A stretch of DNA of 64,000 bases from Sphagnum compactum (GCA_965153455.1 OZ234493.1:8856213-8920212); one strand, 5' to 3'; positions 12,384 through 27,109 are shown, counted from the first letter of the stretch. Numbers and translations: made by a program. The notes: generated by a model from the letters alone, not told the origin.

Positions 12384-13900
12384 AACCAACAACTGAGTTT
12401 TCAACCAATATCTAATTGCACTTCCCGACTAGTTAGTGTAGGGAAAGGCCCAAGGATCCAGGACTTGGGGCATTCCCAAAATGAGGGTCCCATGAGAGGA
12501 GGCAAAGATGATCCAAGATCTCTCTCTCTCTCTCTCTCTCATTCACGTGATCTTAAAGTCTGCTCCTGATTAGTCCAATTTTCATTAAGTGACAAAATAA
12601 CATGAGATTTGGTGGATCCAATGTTTGTTGATGTGCTTGATTCTGTCTCGGGGTTATTGCTTGCTGCTCAAACAAAAATAGTTAGGCTCAATAAGAAGAA
12701 ACAATGACATGCAATTAATTATACAAGTGTTTCTCTGCAAACATGCATAGAGAGAGAGAGAGAGAGAGAAGAAAGAGAGAGTTGGATCCAAGAACCATTA
12801 CCATGACCATCTCACCGTCTCAATCCTTTTCCGTGTGCCATGTACATAACATTATTATTGGGCACGAGTGTATCATATTTTGGAGAGACCAGTTCGGTCC
12901 TTCCTTGTATCTAAATTTTTTTGGGTATCTACTAATTTTACCCAAGTTCTGGTAGGCTTTTTTGAAAAATTCCATATTAGATATGTATAATTAATATTAA
13001 TTAATTATGATTAATTAATATTAATCAGGTTGGTATGATTAATTAATTGACTACTTTATTGGCACAATGCATGATCCTATTAATATGTTGTAATTTTTTT
13101 TATGCCAACCCATATCAATATTGATTGGCCTAGTGGTGGTATCTATCTTCAAGAGTCTTCAAATTTTCATTCCATGTTTGTTTTTATAAATTGGCCACAA
13201 ATAATTACAATTTTTAAAATTGTTTTGACGACAAGCCCACTAATCTCACTTGTCTTCTATGCAGTCTTTGCTCTTTCATTGTAAAATTCATTAATCCTTC
13301 ATGATTAATACCAAGCAATGGCATAGACAAGTAGTCAAATAAAGTTTAATGCATTTTGCAACAGAAAAGGTTTTTAAATGTCATGATACAAAGTATTACT
13401 TGCTAAATAATAATAATAATAATTAAACAAAGAGGATGACAATTAATTCTCCGGGGTAAGGTTTTAGGTTTTAAGGTTGAACCCTATAAAATGGGGGGTT
13501 TAACCCCACATTTCATAAAGCATGTAATGGTTTATGAACCCTAAACCCCCATTTCATGTGTTATAGTTGTAAGCTCCCTCTACCCAAGGGTTTAGATATA
13601 GGTAACCCATAACCATAACACTTTAGGGTTAACCAATTTCACCTTGGTAACCAATTCTGTAGGAAATAGGTCGCATACATGGGTAGATAGGTAGGAAAAT
13701 AGGGTAACTACTAGGTAAGTAGATGGTTTGTACATAGGTAAGGGCTGTTTTTACTACCTACCTAATAACAACCTGCTTCTGGGTTGGCTAGTAGGTAGGT
13801 AGGTAGGTAGAAGGGGGGGGAGAAAAAAAAAAGAAGCAACTGAGCTAACCACTATGGTTAGCTAATGAACTGGAACCCAACAGAAAACTGTATCCTGACC

Positions 13901-14101
13901 ACTTAGGTTTAGGGTTTAACCTAGAGTGCCTGATCAAAAAGTTTGAACATAATTTCCAAAATCTAGGTTTAGGGTTTAACCTAGAGTGCCTCATCAAAAA
14001 GTTTGAAAATAATTTCCAAAATCTAGGTTTAGGGTTTAACCTAGAGTGCCTAATCAAAAAGTTTGAACATTTCCAAAATGTAGGTTTAGGGTTTAACCTA
14101 G
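13901..14101. repeat. Tandem minisatellite, ~60 bp x 3.4, containing telomere-like TTTAGGG
   Basis: Unit approximately ctaggtttagggtttaacctagagtgcctnatcaaaaagtttgaanataatttccaaaat, repeated at 13901, 13961 and 14021 with a partial fourth copy. Confidence 0.9.
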
Positions 14102-17100
14102 ACTTGCAAGTTGGAAGACTATAGGAACACTTCAACCTAGTACCCACTCAATTTGGTAGGCCTTAACACCTTGGTTGACCCTTGATATAAAAGCCATAAT
14201 TTGTTTCCATGGAAATGATAGCCATGAAATTGGCCGCCTAAAATAACATTATTTGTGGCTCATTCCAAATAGTTTTTTAATTTGGTGTGGAGTAGGGTTC
14301 TAAACCCACAAGATTCAAAGATTTGTAAGTTTCAAGATTAGGGAATTTTTTATTAAAATAATAATAGTATATTTATTTATTTATTTAAAAATTTATCATG
14401 ATTAATTGAATTTTAATAAATATTTTAAATTAAAATTAGTTTAATAATAAATTTTAAAATATAAATTTAAGGGAATGCTTTTATTTCTTATAAGTTACAC
14501 ACAATTTGAATGTGCCCAAACACTTTTAGTTTGGTTGTCTCTTGCTTCTAACTCATTTTTTTGGAGCCTAGTTGTGTCAATTCATAGGTAATAATTTATA
14601 ATCAAATACTAGCAAACTTTTTTCCAATAAATTACTTTTGGGATTTCTTGTTTTAAAAGGTATTTTTTTATGATTGGCTTAAGCCTAAGAGCTAAGACCA
14701 TTTTTTCCCCTCTCACACTCCTCATTTGCACAAAAAATAAATTGATATCATCTAGTCAAGAATTGGCAAAAAAAAAATTTGCTAGCAAAATTCACCGATT
14801 TAATTTTATTTATTTATAATTAAAAGTTATTTTGGAGGTTTTCAATTAGCATAAGTGAGGAAGGGGGGGGGGAGGCAAAAATCACCAAAATTCATATACT
14901 CATTTTCCAATGTGTAGGCAAAATTATAAAAGGATGGTTAAATACAAAATTTTGAATACCAATAAAACCACAAGGTGGATAGGAAAAGGATATTTTACTA
15001 AAATTATAAGAAATTTTTAAAAAAAAGAAAAGGTCAATTGGATTCATGGCAATGTCCATTGCGTTCCAAAAATAATCAACAATGGAAAATTACAAATGGA
15101 CAAAAGGGCTCCAAATTAGTAAAAACCTACAAATGGCTTGGGTCAAGGGATGATTATGAACTATATAACCAATGCCCTTGAGCCAATTACCAAACATTGG
15201 TCGATTGAGCAAGAGCGCGGAACGAATTGGGACTCTTGAACTGTTGTCCAATGGTTTGATGCCACATAAGCAAGACACTCCCTACAATTGATTATGGACC
15301 TAGGGTTGGGACCTTACTCGGCCTTACTTCAACTGAGTTGATAGATCGTTGTCAACTATGTGAGAGTAACCTTCCTATCTACCTTAGTTGAATAGCCGAC
15401 AAAAAATATATTATTTTTATACATGCTGAAATTTTCCAAAAATATTTTTCTCAAAGAAAATGTTTTTGTGAAGGAAAATGAAACATCTTTTGGAATATTT
15501 CAAATATTTTTATTTGTTGAAATGGAATCTTCAAAATTAAATAAATTATTCAACAAAAACCCAACAAACTCGCTATTCAACTACAATATTTGCATTTGCA
15601 TGTATATTGTTGGGTTTGCCCATTATTATGTTCATGGATTGGCACATTTGGTATAGTCGAAATCGCAAAATATAGCCCAAAAAACACCACAAAAAATAGA
15701 TGGTTTTTTTTTCTCGAAGAAATGGTAGGGCAAGAAATGGCATTTTGTCACATCACTTTTGTTGCATCATTAGATGGAGGTGTCAAGAAGCATTCAAATC
15801 ATCACATCTTCATCATCTTAATCTTTCCTCTTAGTTGTGATGGCATTCGCCATGCAGCACAATTTTCACCATCAATGCAAAAATTAAATGCCAAATGAAG
15901 GGCCCTCCTTCTCCTACTTCTAGTGATCATCTCACCAATTGTTTTTCTTACAATTCACATCAATGAAGCCAAGTTCTCTTAATTAATTATTTAAATCCCA
16001 CTTGATTGTGTCGTCATTGTGCCCACTTGATGTTACACATGCTAGGTCACACATTATTCTATCAAAAAATGTTGATTTGTGTAAGGTGTTTAGAGTTTTG
16101 ATATTACAATTGTCAAGTACAATGGAATGAAAAAAATTGTTTAGAGAACCAACTACTATCTTCAATATGCATAATTAAATGCTCATGAATTTTGATAATA
16201 ATTTTGTGATTGGTGGCACAACTTGCAAACTTAATTTTGAGTGCAATTAGTGATGGGGAAGAAAACAACTACCAATACAACATGGAGATTGACAACAATC
16301 ATGAATTTTGGGGCATCAAGGTTTGTAGTTCTAAGTTCTAACAACTTGATGAATAACACAAGTGCATTGATACCTCCCCCTTTGCATCTTTGTTCTTTAA
16401 ACTTAAGATTTCCAAAATAGGAAATCAAGGGGTTGAGGTACCAAACCTCATGTAGCCAAATTTTCTTACACTTGCAATTTGCATAACCATATATGTTTTG
16501 TGTTGAATTGTAAGGTGGAGTTAGGAAATTCCACCTATAAAGTGAATATACTTCCTCAATGGCTAAATTGTTTTGAAATACATAGCCATAAATTGTTTTC
16601 AATTTCTATCATGCATCCATAATGTTTTCACCAAGTAAGAAAAACTATCACCGTTTTTTCGATGTTCTTCAAGAACTCTATAAACCACCTTGGCACTTTT
16701 TTCAAAATCTTAAAAAAAACATTGATTTGGTAAGTTGGGGTTTAGCCTAGGTGTTAATCAAAGCATGAGGAAACAAATGTAAAAGCAATTACAATAAAAA
16801 GCAAGGTTCACTACATGTGCCAAAGGGTGGAGGCCATAAGTCATTTAATATTTGTTCATTTATGGGATGAATGGTGAATAAAATTGTCACTTCACTGGTT
16901 TATTCACACATTCCTTGCTACTTAATCCAAATCCTTCCTTATTTCAGTACACCAATCCATGTTTAAACAAAATGAACAAATTCAACAACACACATGCAAA
17001 TTACAAATAGTTATGAAACTAAATTTGCAATCACACCTCATGTTAAGTGACTACTAACTCATTGTTAAGATAGACATTCAAACCAAAAATGTTAATTAAT

Positions 17101-19689
17101 TCAAAATCCTAGGTGTAATCCTAGGTGGCACATAATGTTAAACCAATCTTAATTTAATGGTAAGCAAGTAGTAACTTAACTTCAAAACTCCAAAAAATAT
17201 ATTCAACATTTTCAAATGATTCATTAACATGGTTCAAATTATGTGAAATTGCATGTGAAATGGGTACCACACATTTTGTAAAAGTTTAAAATCAATTCAA
17301 TCACTTTTGGAATATATTTGCATTTTTAATACATAATTAAACATAATTTTTCTGATACAAATATACTCCAGCCCACCATAATTTAAATAGAAAAAAATTA
17401 GGTTATTCACTATTTTATTGCTTGGGTTATGTTCTACCATATTATATAAAAACATTGTGAAATGATTTTTAGTTTTGAGATGGTTTAAGCTCAAATATGC
17501 ACCACCCAAGAAAGCACTACTGTGGGATTAAAGGAAGTACTAAAAGCATTATTGGGACGAAGACCTCATGATAAAAGGATAAAGTTCGAATGCAAAAAAA
17601 CAACAAAAGACATGTCAGTTGATGTAATTGTTTCTTGTTTTATGGATGTGGGTGTTATTGTATTGTCTGTTGCAAGTAAATTAATTTAGAAGTTGTGTGG
17701 TGAATGTTTGTTTTACAAAGGTCCAAATTGGTGGAGTTGATGGGCTTTATTTTGACGCTTTTCATTTTTTTTGGATATGGCAGTTCAACAAACTGAGGTG
17801 GAGGGCAATCTTGATGAGGAAATAAAAACACGATTGTTTAAGAACAAAGTTTTTTTAGATGTTGGAGGTGATGAAAAGCAATAAGGGACAACATTGGTTG
17901 GTCTAAGTGAATCAACATGTGTTTGTGGAAATTATGTGGGAAAAAACATTCGGGAATTTAAGACCCGTGTATTTGGGAACTTTGGGGGAGAAGGGTGTTG
18001 CCATGTCTTAAGTGGAGAATATGTGGAAACAATAGTCATTATGGGATGTTGATTCATCTTTGTTTAAATCATAGGGGAATCTATGGGAGAGAGTAGATGT
18101 GGGATTTCAAGCATTAAGTTGATTCTGAGTAAGACCCTAAACCCTATTGAAAGGGTTCGAAGCGATCTAATCCAAACATCTTTACAATCATTCATGTTTA
18201 GAAGTTGTTTGGGTGGCTGGTTTGAGTTGGTAAGTGAAGGATGTCATTGTACCATTAGGAAATACGTAATAGCAAGGATTTGGATTGTAATGGTTGATGG
18301 CAATCTCACAAAAGTAGAACTGCAACTAATGATACAATGTGTTGTAGACAATTGCTAATCATGTATGTGTAATGATAGAAGTTTATAGTTGATGTTCTTT
18401 TTTTGTGACACTACAATATGACTACATAAAAGGGGTCATTGTAATAAGTTTTTTTTGTTTTACCCCAAGTATTTACCCTCATTCCCCTCCATTCATCACC
18501 TCCCCTTTTCCATTATCCTTGGAATACTACCATTAACAAAAAAAAAAAATTGTTCAAAAAAAAAAAGTCCCAAAACATAACAATCATTATTTTTTTTTAC
18601 AACGAATAAGATGGTTAGAAAATTGTTGCCAATTATAAGAAATTCTTGATCAACACTATGGACATCTTTATATTCAACTTTTCCAATTAAGATGATGAGC
18701 ATAATGAAGATTATAAATGACTTTGAATCCAAATCTTTTATTCAATTTTGCTTACATTCTATCTTGTTATGAACCTATATGCATATAATGAAATAACAAA
18801 TTACATGTCTTCACTCAAAAAGACTTGAATCCAAGTTTCTGTGAAATGTATCAAAATTTTAATCAATAGAATTTGCACAAAAATCCAAACACATAAGTTA
18901 AAACTACAAGTGGGAATAAACATTTATATTAGGTTATTTATATATTTTTCCAAATGTTTTCATGGGCAATTCATATTTATTGACATGAGATTGTTGATAC
19001 AATGGGATAAAAGGTTAGAAAATGACTATGAACCAAACTTGTAATTATAATATCAAGGTCCAAGCCAAGAAACCACACCAACCAAACTAGGAACATGATG
19101 AGATTTTGACTATTATTAAACCAAATAGGCTAAAAAACAACGTGTTGCAAACCTTGACAAAGTTGATGAACATTACGATTTTGAAACTATGTACAGACTT
19201 TACGAAGTGGAAAAAAATTCAATGCAAATGATGAATGCAAAATGTTCAATTCATTTGAAGAATAGCCTAGCATACAAAGAAAAAGGGGGTGGGGGGCTAT
19301 ATTAAGAGACTTCAAGAAGATTTATGATTGATTTCAGTATTCACACATCAAAATTCAAACATTTCAATTTTCAAAATTTTAGATTCTGAACATTCCATAT
19401 ATTGTAGTACCTTGGTAGGGTTGGCACATGCCTTTCAAACAATTAATTAATTTTGAATATTCAATTTTTAAAAAAATATACTCCTAAAGATTTTTTATTT
19501 TCCTTCTTCAGGAGTTGGTCTTTGGAATAAAATATTGATAATGGTCATATAACATTGGGTAAAGCCATTATGCGATGAGCTGCTTGTTTCATGAAAGCTT
19601 ATGACATTCCTCCATTCTTCGTTGTCAACACAAATCAAACATGTATTTAACTCAATCTTAATTTTGTTGAAATTGTTGGGAATTTCAAA

Positions 19690-20190
19690 TTTAGCCCATC
19701 AAATTTTTTAAATGGCATAATCACCTAACTTCATTCATTTGGATCATGCAAGCATTCACCTTGTATGGATGACCAAGCAGCACCCTTGAGAAAAGAAGGG
19801 TTTTAAGGATATAAAAGCCATTGACATGGAGTTCAAGCACCATGTTACAACATGTATGTCATTGTTAGCTAATGGGACCTTGCTTCCAATGTAAGATCAT
19901 CCTCACAAGCAAAAACAACTCAATGTTTGCCAAAAATTGGACATGTGCAAAAGTTTGTTTGAGTTCCAACTTCTAGTTCACTAAGTTAAATACTCAACCA
20001 TCAAATTTAAAGAAATGCCCAAGTGTTTGTTGCAACAAATTCTTGACTCTTATTTTGAAAACATGAAACACGAGTCGAAGTTGCTTGAAAACCAAAAAAA
20101 TGATTTGGTTTGCATATTGTTGGTTAATGCACAAGTTAGACACATTTCTTTCATGGTTGAGGATTGAATCCCCTCACATTTGTTTTTGTT
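19690..20190 (+). mobile_element. Decayed pogo/Tigger-like (DDE_1, Tc1-mariner superfamily) transposase fragment
   Basis: Translation from 19736 reads HLDHASIHLV...P*EKKGFKDIKAIDMEFKHHVTTCMSLLANGTLLPM*, then frameshifted IILTS/TTQCLPK and ILDSYFENMKHESKLLENQK. This resembles the D-x-T-G...KG...DKRQ.T...G..LP.Q.IF.GKT pattern of DDE_1 transposases, with stops and frameshifts. Confidence 0.7.
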
Positions 20191-20567
20191 GGCCTTGTCT
20201 ACCAAGTCAAGGATATTGTGTTTAGCTTCATTATAGAGTATAGTAGCTTAATGGATTTTTATAGGCCCATACTAGGTAATAAATAATAGGTCTATTTTTT
20301 ATATGAGGATTTTTGAAAGATGATATGTCGGCTTGTGTTGAAACTTGAGATTAGTTATAATAGAGTTATAATAGCTTGAAGGATTTTGGTTTCTTTTAGA
20401 GGATTTGATTGAAGATTATATTTTTGCATGGTGCAATTTTTGAGTTTCCATAATTCTTTGTTTGCCTTAAGATAAGTTTTTAATGTAAATGGCAAGGCCA
20501 CAAAGGGACACACCCCTTGTTTTTATTGCGACAAATTGCACATCGAAGTTGGATGTTACATGTAGAT

Positions 20568-20735
20568 GCATAATTACATAAATTATGTAATAATTACATA
20601 ATTACATAATTACACAAATTAATGTAATTATGCATAATTATACATAGGTTTATTTAATTATGTATAATTATGCATAATTACATAAATTATGTTACATGTG
20701 TATAAATATGTGTATACATAAATTATGTATAATTT
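20568..20735. repeat. AT-rich low-complexity array of ATAATTACAT/ATAATTATG units in both orientations
   Basis: Repeated taattacata and taattatgta units are directly visible. Confidence 0.75.
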
Positions 20736-20929
20736 CATTTCATGATGAAAATAGCTTCATGCAATATATAATTGTATGTACTCATTTCTCAAATCCAAAT
20801 TTTGTATGACAATTTTTGAGATTTTCCCATGTCTAAAATAAATTTTTATTACGATTTTCAGTGACACATAGATGCATCAAAAGAAATTCTCTTTCAATAA
20901 ATAAATAACAGCAAAATTTGAAATTTCAT

Positions 20930-21120
20930 TTAAAAAAAAAAGACGAAGTAATTTTGTGAAGTAGCTGAAGTGGCTGGCTATCATCCATAAGAAAATTTAG
21001 CCATATTTGGGGATAAAATTATGAAAGTAAATAAAAATAAAAATCTTGCATCCTTCTATTTTTTTTTTGGGGGAAATTTGGCGACTAAAAAACTCCCAAA
21101 AAAGACTTTTGGCCAAAAGA
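20930..21120. repeat. Dispersed MITE-like repeat (TAGCCA family) directly upstream of the DUF3353 gene
   Basis: tcatccataagaaaatttagccatatttgg resembles tcatccataagaagat...aagatttagccaaatatggc at 27140-27210. Confidence 0.55.
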
Positions 21121-22002
21121 GGAAAAAAAAAAAAACACTGCTTGACTGTCGAGGTTCCATGTTTAGGGTTTACTCTCACTGAGCTTTGCGTGTGTTTTTG
21201 GTGCGTGTTTTTCCTCTTTGCAATAGGAGAGAGTGTTTGCTTGTGTCGATTGGGATCCGACTGCCATCGCCCTTGGTAGCCAGCCAGCCAGCCAGCAAGC
21301 ACTCTCTCTAATTCTGCAGAATCATCTCCAGCCTCAGTCTTTGGGGGTTTTCAGAGCAGGCTTTTCCATGGGCTTGATGGATTGACAGCTTTTCGTATAA
21401 TATCCCATCATCCCCCAGCTCAATCTTCTTAGCTCAGAAAGAGAGATTTTGGTAAGTGGTGTATGTTTTTTTTCTCTCCTCCTTACTCTCCCCTCTTCTG
21501 TTTGTTGATTTTTTTGGTTTCTCTGAAGGCAGATTGCAGATGGTATTTTCGTGTCCGTCTGGTGGTTTCGAGATTTTGGGGTATTCTCCTGAGGGTTGAA
21601 GAGTTCTCTTGGGTTTCTTTCCCGCATGCAGATATATTGGCATGTTTTTATTAGGGTTTCTGTGCTTTGTTTCTAACCCTTTTCTTCAATCAAATGCTGG
21701 GAGCGAAGACTTTTTGTGGCAGAGGGTTCTGTATTCTGTTTCTTATTTCTTCACAGTCTTTCTGTCAATTGTGCCACTGTGCAGTGGAAGCCTTGGATTT
21801 TAACTTACACAACAGCGATCCTATTGATCCTGCTGAGTTTAGGGTTTATATCCTTGCCCTTCAGGCACATGTTGGTTGTGAGATTTCTCAAAGTTCAAAT
21901 GCTTTTTCACATTGTGGCTCCTTTGCTCACTGCTCTACCTCAATTGGATTGTGCATCTGAAGTGGTGTTTTGGTGATGGTGGTTCCAGAGTTTTGAATTG
22001 GG

Positions 22003-24247
22003 ATGGCACCGCTTGGATGTTTACAATCTCAAGTGCTTCTTTCATGTTGTAGGCCACAGGTTAGTCACTTTTGGTGCAACATGGCTTGAAAAACATGTTT
22101 CTATTTTGTATGCAAATTCAACAAACTCAAGTTGGTCATCTGATGGTCCAAGTAATTGTGCTTGCAGTTTGTAGCATTGTGCCAAAATTCTGCATTGTAC
22201 TCTGCTTGCCCAACATCATCATTCTTGATCCACACAACAAGTTCTTCCAGCTCATCCCTTCTGCTGACATCATCTCAAGGCTTCTCATCATCTCAGTGGA
22301 GCAGCTTCCTCTACTCACCAGTATCAGGAAACAATGTGCAAGCCCAAAGTGTGCCTTTCATAAACAGCTCTCGATGTGGTCGATGTGGGTGGGATTTTGC
22401 AACATTAGCCCATCTAGAAAAGCAGGCCTGGAAGCCATCTTGCAGGAGCAGGAACTCACAACAACAGCGGTCCTTGCGTCTGATTGCCAAGGCAAATGAT
22501 TCCATGGCTGATGACTCCCTTCCTTCTGAAATGTCTCTGGAGAATGCACTAAAGCTGCTGGGGGTCAGAGAAGGAGCCTCCTTTGAAGAAATTCTTGCAG
22601 CCAAGAAGATCATGGTGAAAAATTGCAGTGAAGATCAAGCACGCATCACCCAGGTTCTCTTCCCAATCTGAAAGTCAATTCTGGCATGGGTAGAGCAACT
22701 TTTATCTAGGCACTCAGCAATGATAGCATACTGTAAACAGTCCGGTAACAAGGGCATCATGCCAACAACAGAATGAACCCTAAATTGCCTACATGCCAGA
22801 AGATACTCAGTAATGGCATGGTTTTGTCTGCTCTTCAGTGTGATGGATTGCAATGTAGCTTTTGTGAAATTAATTTCACTATTGCCCAAAGCTTTCTGAA
22901 AATCTTTCTGGCAGGGGCAGGGCAACCCAGGAAGGGTGTGTTGGGTGATTCATGTCACGAGCATGATTGTGTAGATCATGAGAAACCTGCCCTTTTCTTT
23001 TCCTACTGACTGAATGTAGTGAAGTAGTAACAGGAGCATGCCAGAGTAGTTGATGGTCTGTTAAACATCTTGGCAGCTGCAGTGCAATTGGGGAAGTTCA
23101 AGCCTCAGGTTTAAAAAAAAGATCTTTTGTCTTTTTCAGGCTTCAACTTGGATGTCTCAGAAGAGGTATGTTTTGCTTTTGTTCTGTGAACTTGGGGCCA
23201 ATAATGGTTCATTGTGTTGAAAATTTCAGGTAGAGGCAGCATATGACATGTTGCTGATGCAAAGCTTGTCACTGCGACGGGCAGGCAAAGTTATGGATAA
23301 TACTATCCGTTATGCTGATGTCAAGAAGGCAAAATCTCCTGTCTCAGGATCAGGTCCTCAGTGGCTAAGAACTGCCCTAAAAAATACCCCAGTAGCTTTT
23401 CAAATACCTTCTTCATCTGTAATTGGCACACAAACAGGAGTTTACTTGGCACTCGGTGTATGGATGTTTGCATCTGGGCTTGCATCGACTCCAAATGAAA
23501 GTTCTCTATCTGCTGGGGCTGATGTCCCTGGCATCATTTTGGCTATTGGATTTGGCCTCTCCCTGTACTTTCTGCGCAAGCAGAATCTGAAGCTGGGTAA
23601 GCATAACAGAAACTTAAATTGTACTGTTTGTATCTTTTTAAAATATTTCCTTAGACTGAGGTTTCAGTTCTTTGCAGACTTTTGTTGTGTTCTTCATAGT
23701 CTCAGAAGTTCTGCCCTTTTCTCCTCTGTCAGCTGGGAATGCCTTCCTCTCTCTCCTACATACACATTGGTAAGGTATTATTTGCCTATTTGTTAAATGA
23801 TAAGTGTCATGTCCCCAGCCAGATTCTGAATGAACTGTTGTTATCAGATGCCTTGCTGTCTGTCCAATTTTCAAGTCAAATATTTCACATCTGGAGCGCT
23901 CTTGAGCATGGGTGATTGGTTACAAGTCCCATACCAGTCCTACAGAGTGATTTGGTGTAGGGTGTCTCTTGAACGTAAGCGTATCCAAGGAGTGGTCATC
24001 TGGCATGCTTGTTCTTCCACATTCTCCCCCACCCTTGCATTTCTCCTAACATGAAAATATTCTCTGTGCAGGAAAGGCCACCTTAATTACTGTAGCAGGG
24101 CTGTTTGTGGGGGCGGGTTTGGGGGGATTGGTGGAGTCATGGCTACAAGTGGACATTGTGCCTGTTTTAGGGATTGGATCACCAGCAGTAGTGGTTAGTG
24201 AATTTGTGCTTTTCTCACTCTGGGCCTCCTCGTTATATCTTCGCTGA
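22003..24247 (+). CDS. Chloroplast J-like chaperone, DUF3353 / CHAPERONE-LIKE PROTEIN OF POR1 (CPP1/CDF1)-like family, 361 aa
   Basis: Exons 22003-22059, 22168-22653, 23230-23596, 24072-24247 (1086 nt, in frame). Ser-rich transit-peptide-like N-terminus, J-like motif EMSLENALKLLGVREGASFEEIL...VEAAYDMLLMQSL.RRAGK...RYADV, and C-terminal TM helices ending SLYLR. A probable 5'UTR intron spans 21452-21988. Confidence 0.88.
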
Positions 24248-25333
24248 TATAAGCTTCAAGTAACAACAGTTTTTGCATGCAGTAAAAAGAATGTCCATTT
24301 CTGCTGTGCATATTTCTTTTGTAATTGATGAACTAAAGTTGAGAGAAACTTGGGTAAGTTGGGCAGGAAATTGGCCATAGTTTGTCGACAATTTGTCTAT
24401 GAAGGAAAGAAAGTGCTTTGAGGTTGAGGTCTGGCATGAAGTTCCTGTAGAAACTTTATATGATTTTGATTTGAAACTTGGCTAATACTACTTGTAATTC
24501 TATCCATTCATATGCTGAGGCTTTCTGTCTTTGAAGGCTACCATTGTAATTTTCAATTGCATGCATTCAGTATCTGTTGAGAAAGCTTTTCTGATAGTTT
24601 TGCGTCTCAAATTTTTTTGTCAAGCTGAAAGCAGATTGGTTGCCGATTTGTGACATGCCATTAGGTGAACATAGAATCCAATAGAATTGATGTTGTTGAG
24701 CAAATCCATTGTAGCTGTCTTTCTAGTAACAGTACCTTGGGCTGGAATTTCTAAAAGAACAATATTTTCCCACTGAAAAATGTTTCTGCCTTTAGACCAT
24801 GGTGTGATAATAACTTCAGCTACTGAGGCTAAAATTTTCCAATTGGATTTCATACAATTTTCAAGGAAGGTGTGTCATTCTGGTGCGGCACATCAATTCA
24901 GTAGACTGTGGACTAATCAATATACCTTATTAAGCTTAGTTTGGCTACCTAGCTTAGGTAAGTAATAAGTACTTAAGTTTTATTAATAGACTATAAATTC
25001 TATTAGGAAGGTAACCTAATAAGCTAGTAGGCTAATTATAATAGGTTAACTAATTATGTATGTTAAGTATGTAGGTAGTTTTGACCTAGGCGTACCTAAC
25101 TAATGTCAAATCAAATGTTCAATTTGACTAAGGCATGGTCATTTTGACTACTTCTGTTTTTTTGGTGCCTTTTGACCAGATGACCGATCAACACCTAATA
25201 AAAAATGTCATTTGAGTCAAATATACTAATAAAAAATAACATATGTACCTTTCGTGCCCCAACCTACTAGTCAAGATGGACACCACTTTTGATCAAAACA
25301 AACATTTTGGTCAAGTTGGACCTTTTAAAAGGT

Positions 25334-25508
25334 CATGATTTGTAGGAGTGAATTTTTGTTTATTTGATAGGTTCCTTATAACTTAAAAATTTGCAACCTT
25401 TTCCAACAAAAGCAACCCCTCATGATTTGTAGTAGTGATTGTTTGTTTATTTGGTAGGTTCCTTATAACTTTTAAAATTTGCAACCTTTCCCAACAAAAG
25501 CAACCCCT
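25334..25508. repeat. Tandem duplication, ~87 bp x 2
   Basis: catgatttgtag...ccaacaaaagcaacccct occurs at 25334 and 25421. Confidence 0.9.
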
Positions 25509-26569
25509 ATTTCTTGTATAAATTTGAATTCACATGACAAACATGTTTTTTCAAAACATTAGTGCCATAATTTGTGTTGTAGCTCATAAGTCCTTTGTGT
25601 TTTCCCTTAGCCTCATGTTTCAACGTACGAGTTGGGTAGCACACAACACATCACATCATCCATGGGTTATGAACATTTATTTGTGCACCATCATTCACTA
25701 CAAAGAATGCCCAATACCCTCATAATTGATGGATAGGAGACCACAATCAAGGTTGGTTAAGATCCCAGTTCAACTTTAGTTTGAGATGAAAAATTGATGT
25801 CTTCTTTTGATCACAAATTGTTGTTGATAGTATTGTGCCATTTGTGGATGCCATTATAAAAATCTATTTATGGGCTCCCATATATTCTTCAACTATTACC
25901 TATAATTATAGGGAAAAGGGCAATTTTTAAAAAACTTGCAATATTATAGGCTATAGCTACCAAGATTTTTCTAACAAGAACTATAAAGTTCAATATCTCA
26001 AGAAATTATTAAAAGATAATCAAAACCACAATAATGTAGATGATAATTGAACTAACTTACCTCAAAGACAAACACTGACATGATGATGATGATGATTTTG
26101 CAATTTGTAGCAACTCCACCAATTTCACTGTGATGGTGATTAGGAACACTTGCAATGATAGAATAAAACTCCTTAACATTTAATACATGACTCTTGATGA
26201 CCAACACAAGGATCAACATGATGGTGAAGATGAAATTATAGAAATGCAATGAAAAAACCACTAACGTGATAAAAAAAATAAAAATGAAAAAGATTATTAA
26301 AAAAATGGTAAAGGAAATTTTTTTACATGTCATGTGATTAATTTGCCAAAAATAGTGATTGCCATGAAAATATGATATACAAATTGTTGGTACTTTCTTT
26401 TTCAAAAAATAGTTGCTAGGTTTGAATTTAGTCTATGACAAAAAAAGCTTGCAAAACATGAAAAATCACAAGTGCAATTTGATACAAAACCATGCAAGGT
26501 GCAAAAAGATAAACTCAAAAGTGTGTCGGATAGAACATGTTAAGGGCTATTTAACATCTTGTATAATCT

Positions 26570-26960
26570 CCTCCTTTGGGCTAGCTATAAAGGTTACAAG
26601 AGTAGAACTTTGGGCAAAATATATGGGATACAAAATGAGGAGCCATTAGGAACATGTTAGGGGAACACATTGGGAACCCATTTGGAACTTGACTGGAACA
26701 CAGCGAAAATTTTATGGGAACAACAAAAATTCAACAATGCCACCTTCACCTGAAAGAAAAAAAAAACTTGGGCTCGTTGGGTGCATGTTACTTCACTTCA
26801 TTGGTTGCAAGAATTCTTTTTGCCTACATGTAATTTTTTTGAGGGTCATGAATTATGGGTGTAAATTCATTCCTTTTTTTTTTCCCCCCACCCCTTTGCA
26901 ATGAGCCATTTTGATTCGCCCATCATAAAAATTACACAAAACTTTAGAGGTTCCCCAAAA
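26570..26960 (-). repeat. Dispersed MITE-like repeat, copy 2 (inverted relative to 860-1190, modules rearranged)
   Basis: Reverse-complement similarity to 900-1000 and 1060-1120. Confidence 0.6.
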
Positions 26961-27109
26961 TCATATAGGTTTAGATTGGAAGGTAGAGTAACCCCATGAC
27001 CCCGTCCCGTCCCTTTAGGAGCTTCTCCAACTCAGAAGAGGCAGCACTGTTTTGGAGTGAATTGGATTATAAGCAGTGTTTTTTTTTAAATTTAAAAAGG
27101 GACTATTTT

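Noticed and set aside
15900-19100. Possible decayed hAT/Harbinger transposase remnants
   Set aside because: Only faint motif resemblance by eye, which cannot be supported without a homology search.
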